Positions 55,730 to 64,000 of a stretch of DNA of 64,000 nucleotides are shown in pieces. The position numbers and the translations under genes are program-made. Below the pieces are notes generated by a model. The model did not search any database, was not told the origin of the DNA, and saw only the letters and a list, made by a program, of their open reading frames with translations. The DNA is from Octopus vulgaris (lineage: Eukaryota): the NCBI GenBank assembly GCA_951406725.2, contig OX597817.1, positions 65,100,001-65,164,000 of the forward strand. The letters run 5' to 3'. Positions within the stretch are counted from its first letter, which is position 1. Every line of letters starts with the position of its first letter.

Positions 55730-55910
55730 CATACATACAAGCGTTTGCAGTACTAGTGTTAGTACCAACATTTTGGTCACTAAGCTTGGACATCGGAACT
55801 ACAAAGACACATCGAACTAATGATAACTTCCACAACAGTGACATTGGCAAGATTTATATCAAACAGAGAAATGGAGGCAGAGGCATAAGATCAGTCCAAA
55901 CGGCTTTTCA
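55730..55910 (+). mobile_element. Internal RT-thumb fragment of an R4-clade LINE
   Basis: AFAVLVLVPTF..NFH.NSDIGKIYIKQRNGGRGIRS (RLY..R..GGRGL motif). Confidence 0.7.
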
Positions 55911-56825
55911 TTTTAACCGTCCGCAATGCTAACCGGAGAAAAGGATTTTCCTGACAGCTATATCAAACGTTCATTAAGACGAAAATGCATACACGTCTTT
56001 AAAAACTACCAGTAGAACCTTGCAATAAAAACAGCTGACCACTGTTACCTACTCATGATGTCATTTTAACGTCGCCTTTATATGTACCACCCACTAATGA
56101 CATCGTTTCAACGTTGCTGTTGTAACATCCTATGGCACACCATTCTGACATCATCTCAGCATTACCTTATCATTATAGCATCACCGTAGCGTCATTTAAA
56201 CGGCATCGTTGTAACATTGACGTGTTACATTCCTATTGTTTCGTTTCAATGTAACAAAATCAATGAGATTTTGTATTACATCATCGCAATGCCGTTTCAG
56301 TGGTACGTCAATATTTTGTCCTCATATCCACGTTATATCGCTACGATATCTATCTCTATAAAGTATTACGTTATCATAATCCTTACTACCATTACCCTCA
56401 CCAACACCACCATTACCCCCACCCATCATCATCATCATTATCATCATCAACATTGCCGTTGTAACCGCCGCCACTACTGCCGCCGCCGTCATAATTCTAT
56501 ATAGACGACCTTGGCTTCCATAATTCAATAACCTCGCTACACACGTGCCATACAGATACATATATGGGTGTGTGATGAGATCTGATTCAATATCGCTATG
56601 ATGAAGAAACGCCGACTCATGCTATATAGAATCGATATCCTTCCATAAATGAAACATGAAGTAACAAAATGGATATTCAGGGTGTATGTATGAGTGTGTG
56701 TGCGTGCGTGCACGTGTGTGTGTGTGTGATGGTATTGGGTGTGTTTATGTGTGTATATCCGGTCATTCATGATTAGATTATTGGCTATCCTATGGATCAG
56801 TTTCGTGAGTGGGATGTAGGTATTG

Positions 56826-57500
<675 letters not shown>

Positions 57501-57915
57501 TGATGTATGTGCAGAGAGGAAGGAGGAAAGAAAGGTAGAATAACAGAGAGAAAGTAGGGAGCAACGCGTAACTATGTAACTATGAAGTTCATGACTGAAG
57601 TAGATCTGAGTACATGGTAGGTGGTGAAATCTTTTAAGAGGTTCGTGACTAAAGTAAAATGTGTTGCCGCACTTTTCCTAACACGGTTATGTCTTTCTGC
57701 AACCGAACGTTTAAGCTATTCCATATTGTTGGAATATCTCTTCTGCTGCAAGTGCACTACTCTCAGTCACTAAGTGCATGGTTATTATTTCGTGTCTGTG
57801 TTAAAGCTTACCCTTACTTCTCAAATCATCCAAACAACAAACGTTTGAGTAATCTGGGATGTTGTTTGTGACTAGAAATTTATTTTGAATGACTGAAAAT
57901 ATCGTTAGAAACAAT

Positions 57916-58423
57916 TCATTACACCAGGTCTGTTGTGCTTACATTTTATTGAGGTCTTCCCTGGGACATTCCACCAGTGCTCCTTTGTATTTTGAGTGGT
58001 TATGGCTTCTACCAAACTGTGGGTTCTTGTTTCTTCGACCTCGAGGTTATCCTTCCGACGGATTTCATTATAGAGTGTCCTAGCTACAACATCATGTCGC
58101 ATCCTTAGATAATACCGTGATGACATTTTAGAACAACTGCTTATGATGTAGGTGATATATTCGGTGTTAACTTCACAAAGTCTGTATAGGTTTTCACATT
58201 TTACTGCTTTTCCTGCATCTCTATCCCATTTGTGCATCAGATACTTGGTTGATATTTCCTGTTCCTGGATTGCAAACGCATACCCTTCAAAGTGGGAGAT
58301 AGTAATCCGGCAATTGGTTCATGATAAATTTCTTTGATGATCGATGTTACTATCATCTCGGAGCTTTCTAACATATCCATGAATAATATTCTGCTCATAT
58401 GGGCTCATCCTTTCATCTGATGA
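57916..58423 (-). mobile_element. Near-identical direct duplicate of 54103-54610 (internal R4 LINE fragment)
   Basis: 508 bp, constant offset 3813, about 6 substitutions by eye. Confidence 0.92.
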
Positions 58424-58859
58424 AACGGAATTCTGACAAGAGTCGCCACGAGAATGTTTGCTTGTGACTCCCTGTATATTGTTGCAGGCAGGAAATGTGA
58501 CCAACACAACTCTATTTCGAAGTTTGAAACCTTTATTGTGTAAAGTCAGCATCCTTTTCTTTTCTATTTTTTAACTCTATCACATTTGTCACTGTGTCGC
58601 CTATTTGAATTAAAATCGAGAAAAAAATCTCCGTTGGCGGAGATTTTCATGAGATATTTCAGAGATGTACCTACTATATCAACATTTGAGTAAATACGCT
58701 CCCTCGAAGGTTTTTCGGATTTGTATCACATAGATTCCATCACTTAAAATACTTAAAATACGAGAGATTTCTTTTGGGGGAGAAAATGATCAGAAAGATA
58801 ATTTAGTAATTCAAAAGAGTTGTTATGCCTTCAGAGTCAGTTATTTGCGCGAGTTAATT

Positions 58860-59560
58860 TGCCAATGGATCTTGAAAAGAGAGAAACCATAAAAAAAAAA
58901 AGATTATGCAATAAGGTTTCTTTGAATTAATTGGGAGTAGTATATGTCTTAGCTTTCTTTAGTTAGTATTTTGGGCACCTAAGAGATAGATTTTGTACTA
59001 AGAAAGTTAATATTGTCTCAACCATGTTTCACATCTCCCAAATTTTTGCAACAAGTTTGAAAACGTCTGCGCCTAATACATGCCTAAATATAGGTTACGA
59101 GTCTGGACTCTGAGCATGGTTTTCAAGGAATTTTTCACAAACCATGTTTTTGCTGCTTTTGCGTTATGGGTACCAGCTCTACGAAGCTACGCTTAGGGAT
59201 ATCACTACAAAGCTCAAATCTTGTTTCGTCATCTCAGAAGACTTTCTGAAATCGGCCTGAGTTATGTTACTATATCTGATCCAAAAGTGCAATCTGTTTT
59301 TTCTTGATTAACAGAAGTTTTTTTAACGTATCTTTTACAGGTAAAACCGATATCTTTCAACCTTCGTATAACGGTCTTTCTAGAAACGATTTAGTTTTCA
59401 ACAGTTTTAAGTGCTTTTGGCCATTGTTGGAAGCATTCCTTCCTTTCCTGAAGAAATAGAAATTTCAGTCTCCTATCACTTATACCATTCTAGACATGCC
59501 AAATTCTTTCTTCATTGCGATAGAAGTGTTTTCTAGAAGTGTAGATCTATTCTCTTTATG
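58860..59560 (-). mobile_element. Degraded, internally deleted Tc1-like transposase
   Basis: VSRKTVIRRLKDIGF, DETRFEL (FSDESKF), HNAKAAKTWF, AQSPDS*PI (PAQSPDLNPI). Confidence 0.75.
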
Positions 59561-59639
59561 AATTAGAGATTTTCTTCAGTAGCATCTGGGTTTTTGAAAA
59601 TGATGCGCCTGTTTTACAAAGAATAGCAATTTGATTTTT

Positions 59640-60480
59640 AATATCCACATTAGAGTGAAATATATATGTAGAGTGAATTCCCAAAGATCACTCGTATGGA
59701 GAAAGCAGCGTGTAATAACTTTAACGCAGTGGTTCGGGGCTTCCTGGGGAATCACAAGGCCGGAAACTATGTGGAGCTTGTTGAGACCCTGGTTAAGAAC
59801 TACAGCAAAATGGGCTGCAGGATCTCCCTCGAAGTCTACATCCTTGACGCTCATCTTGATAAATTCAAGGAAAACATGGGAGCGTACTCGGAGGAGCATG
59901 GCAAGCACTTCCACCAGTATATACTGGATTTCGAACGCCGCTACCAAGGATAACATAACGAAAACATGATGGGGAACTATATTCGGAGGCTGATACGTGA
60001 AAGTAATTTATAGTATAAGCGTAAATCGCGAGAAACTACTCACTTCTAAATTTTTCATGGTCTCTTTTGAGTAATCCTAGAATAAATAAATGCTACGTTT
60101 GAATCATACGTCGTCTTGTTTCTACTTTGCGTGAACGAGAATGTTCACATTCACCAGTTTTTCCAGTGGGAGTAGGTACATTTCAGAAATATCGTTATAG
60201 TAAATATTCTGCTCAATACTACAGATTTGCTTGTCAGTTGCTGGACCATAACTACTTGAGCATGTCACTTAGTGGCTGACAATATGTGCATCTCTGACCA
60301 TGAGCAAGAGTAGTGGAGGAGAATCATAGCCATGTGTTGAGAAGGTTTCTTTGGGGTTTGAATAAATATTGTAACAAAGGCAAAGTTTGAAGGAATATTA
60401 GCAATTTTTCATATTTTCTAGGGATAAGCAAATAGAAAATAACAGTTGCTACCCAAGGACAAAAATCGTGTTACACAGTG
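59640..60480 (+). mobile_element. 3' part of a DNA transposon, probably CMC/Chapaev3-like
   Basis: GFLGNHKA.NY.ELV..L.KNY..MGC..SL....LDAHLD.F.ENMGAYSEEHG..FHQ.I..FERRYQG; end ..AAAAATCGTGTTACACAGTG. Family name is from recall of the motif. Confidence 0.7.
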
Positions 60481-60489
60481 TTATCTGAG

Positions 60490-60890
60490 AGCTTACCCTA
60501 CGTCTATACAGTTCTTTCGAATGGGTATGTTCTACAGATCATGAATTTTATAGGACTTCTTGGTCTTTCTACTACTTTTATCCGTAGATTCAGTTTACCT
60601 AAGGCTTTTCTAAAATGATACGCTAGTTTGCCTTTAGGGGTAGCATCAACGAACGTGACAATCTGGTATTTTTGGCTATTATACCATGAGTTGGCCGTAT
60701 CTATCTTCCTCTTAGCTCTTTCTATGCTAATCCATGTTTTACGCTTGTTTAGAGGGCAGATCCCATTTACATCATTCTGTATGGCGGTCTTGAATTTTAT
60801 CATGGCTCCCTTGTACACTCTAATCCTATCTCTTTGGCTGTATTAAAAAGTACTGCATGCGGTGGATGAAGTGCTCTCTAATTACGGGGT
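60490..60890 (-). mobile_element. Penelope-like element fragment, Naiad/Chlamys-like thumb-linker region
   Basis: HFIHRMQY..YSQRDRIRVYKGA..FVDATPKGKLA..IKVVERP..IK..RTYPF. Confidence 0.6.
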
Positions 60891-61169
60891 CACACAAGTA
60901 GAAGTTTGCTTACGTAGAAAATTTAGTTGGTGTTTTATCTACTCAAGCAATTTTAGTAGAATGTTTCTTGTGTGTATTTTTTTTTTAGAATGTGGAATTT
61001 AAAGTGTCTGTTACTCTCAATCATGCAGCGTTTGGTTTGTTGGAGTGCAGTGTAAAAGACAAATAATTTCTTAACATCTATTTTATTGGCTAGCTGCCGA
61101 TAAAAGTAATTGTTTTTTTTGGCAAACCGCTTCTTAAATGTCTAACAAGACTTAGAAGATATTTACATT

Positions 61170-61790
61170 TAATAACACTACACTACGTTACATTATTATA
61201 CACTAACTTTTTCAAGGAAACTTAATGCTACATCACATTATACTACGCTACAATCTATATACAAATTTATCTAACACTAATCTACACTATGCAACACTAT
61301 TCTACATTATGCTACATTACATCAAATTACATTGTGTTACATAATACCATATTGTACTACCATACACTATACTCTTCTATGCTACATTTGACTGCATTAT
61401 GCTACATTTCACTACATTATGCTATAACTCGCAACATTAAGCTTCACTATACAAAAATATGCTATACTACATCTTACGCTACCCTATATCAAGTTCACTG
61501 CATTACATTATGCTACCCTCCGCTGCACAATGATAAAACCCCTAATTATACAACTCCGCCCTGTACTTTCTGCTACTCTACACCACAGAGTATCATGCGA
61601 CATTATGATACATAAAGCTACACTAAGCTATGTTATGCAACATAGTATTCTATACTATATTACATAACAGTACACTATATTATGTTGCACCACGCTAAAT
61701 TATGTCTCTCTATCCTACGATAGTTGTGATACATAATGTATCACTATTCTACAATATATCACACTACGCATATAATTTCACATCATAAAA
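61170..61790. repeat. Degenerate pentamer satellite (CATTA/CACTA/TGCTA)
   Basis: 5-bp periodicity visible. Confidence 0.8.
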
Positions 61791-61929
61791 AATGTGAGAA
61801 AATATCTGACAACGGCTGCTTCCTCAGATCAATGCTCTACAGCTGTGAGCCTTGGGATCATTACCCCAGTTGAAATGCATCCTGAACAATAAGTTGACTG
61901 ACAAAATCACCCTCAATGAGGTTCTAGTC

Positions 61930-62269
61930 CAGTGGTTCCCAATCGGGGTCCATATGACCCCTGAGGGTCCATATCAGATTTTGGAGGGTCCATGCAAGCA
62001 AGATAGTAAATTGGGGATCCATGGTAGTACTTTAATAGTCTATGAAAAAAATTTGTTTTAGATGTATTCATCGCAAGAAACAGCCCAGTTCCTTTCTCTA
62101 ACATTTTACATAGTTCAAACTACACAAGTGAATATGTGATGAACAGAATAGGTATTTTGAAAGAAGTATCTACAAAACTACTTTTTAAACATTGAGTGGC
62201 TATGGGGGTTCACTAGAATAAAATAGTAATCCGAGCAATCCGTAGATTAAAAGTGGTTGAGAAGCACTG
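61930..62269. mobile_element. hAT MITE, same family as 11773-12075, opposite orientation
   Basis: TIRs CAGTGGTTCCCAATC / GGTTGAGAAGCACTG; decayed 8-bp TSD TTCTAGTC/TTGTAGCA. Confidence 0.8.
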
Positions 62270-62734
62270 TTGTAGCACAACTTCTGATACCCACCCCCTT
62301 CATTTTGCTCCAACGCCGACCTCGCCACTGGCTGAACTACATATACCACGACAGATAGGAGGATCTCAAAAGACCTGTTCTACTGAATCTAGCTTCAAAC
62401 AATATAGAATAACGATATCAGCAAGAGACACTTGAAGTCAGGGGACACGAAAATCGAAAGGTCAGAGGGCGTTACCAACTATCGTTCTTGTAGGAGGCTA
62501 GAATTGGAATTTGGCAGGAGTTTAAAATGGAGAGAGAAGACGCTGAAGCTTACTACTGTAGACAAGTGCACTAGTAGAGTCATACAGGGCGCTGTCTTGC
62601 AATGAAGTGCGAAGAAAGACTTTCCGGAAGCAGATCCATGATCTCCTGAGACTAAACGGGTACGAAGTACCTTAAAATATTCTGCACTCCACTGACTTAT
62701 GCATCAATGGTTGTGTGCTAAGAAGCTTGCTTCC

Positions 62735-64000
62735 ACTGCGCATGTGCGAATAATTGTGGTGTTCGGCACCAAAGAGGTGAGACATGCTTTTGAAGCCGTC
62801 TCGAATTGAAAAATTTTGAAGCTCCATTGTAAGGTAAGATTCTGTTTTTTTTGGGTCCAGTGGGAATTTTTGTTGAGAATTGTTTTTGTACAGGCAGGAA
62901 GTCCTACTGGATTCAGAGTTCTGGTTCTGCCTACATGGGGCAAATAATTTTTCTCGCTGAATTGTGAGAATTTTTGTTTGGGGGCGTATTCGTCTTTGGT
63001 TTATGTTGAGTGAATATTTTTCTCACTTAATTATGAGAATTGTATTGTATTGTGCCTTTTGAAGAACTTTAATAATTGTGAGAACTGCTGTTTGGGGGAG
63101 TGTCTTTGCCTCCGAAGATTGAACAATTTGTATATCAATTTTTGTGGAAGTTGTGTTCCAGTTGTGGCGTTCCGGGTTCAACCTAGGCCGGGAGTACCGA
63201 ATGGCCGGAAGATTTTTTTTGCCGTGTTCCTGAACTATTGACTTTCTTCTAAACTTTATTTGACTTTCTCCTTTTTGTTTATTGTGACTTTCTTTTGATT
63301 TCTTTTTTCTTCTCGCTTTTTAAGTTTTATTTTGAATATATTTAAAAAAAAAAAGAAACATGGCAATGAAAAAAGACAAAGTTTTGGAGTGGGAGATTAT
63401 ATCACCCAAAAAGTGGTTGAAAGACCGCGAAGATAGGACAGTGGTGTTGAGAACCTACTCCAAGTCACTCGACACCATCGCCCTATTCGAAAAGACGGCA
63501 ATTGAAAAGGAGTTGGCAGAGTATTTGCCAACAATTAAATTCATTTCCAGGGGTGTCAGATATACAACGGTGTGGTTGCTATTTGATACCCCTGAAGAAG
63601 CTCGCAAATTTGCTAGTCAACCCTTGGAGGGTGAGGAAATTTTATTCTTTCCCACGTATTATGGGAGGAGGTTGACGAAAGCTTGGGTCTGCGGGTTGCC
63701 ACCCGGGATAAAACCCGAGTGGATAGAGGAGACTATCTGCCGGGGTCTGGGTGGCAGCGGGACCAAGCTTCTTAATGTGAAAGTTCTTCCTGCGGCTGAT
63801 TGGGTTGGGTCAAAAGCTGTTTTGACCCTTTGGACCCAATCAACCAATCTGGTTTTTCCAGATTTTTTGAAAATGGCCGGGTGCAGGTACCCGGTGATAC
63901 ATGAGAGTCACCCCCCAGGTGTCATCGGTGCCTAGAGTCCGGCCATATAAAGAAAAACTGTCACCGGGAACAAAATAAGGTCCCGGAGCAGTTGAGTGAG
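62735..64000 (+). mobile_element. 5' UTR and ORF1 (RRM-like region plus CCHC knuckle) of an L1/Tx1-type LINE, running off the window
   Basis: ORF 63360-63935; the -1 frame from 63917 gives RCHRCLESGHIKKNC (CX2CX4HX4C). The 5' boundary is inferred. Confidence 0.7.

Noticed and set aside
58590-60480. CACTGTGT..ACACAGTG as TIRs of one 1.9-kb composite transposon or RSS-like heptamers
   Set aside because: The match is only 8 bp, with no TSD or nonamer, and the enclosed pieces belong to different superfamilies.

Overview
AT-rich, microsatellite-saturated animal genomic DNA. The tRNA-derived SINE families and repeat landscape point to a coleoid cephalopod, probably Octopus (inference from recognition, no database search). 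Most long ORFs in the supplied track are microsatellite artefacts. The window holds: (i) a probable multi-exon minus-strand gene with five phase-compatible exons at about 31928 to 17014, encoding a protein I cannot assign to a family; (ii) about 20 tRNA-derived SINEs of at least four families, including a 183-bp head-truncated concatemer; (iii) Penelope-like element remnants, several with minimal hammerhead-ribozyme-like motifs; (iv) R4/Dong-type LINEs sitting in (TAA)n and (TACA)n microsatellites, a CR1-type 3' end and the 5' end of an L1/Tx1-type element; (v) Helitron, hAT, Tc1/mariner and Chapaev-like DNA transposon remnants; (vi) many micro- and minisatellites. No rRNA, bona fide tRNA, CRISPR or prokaryotic system was seen. 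Boundaries of degenerate repeats are approximate.
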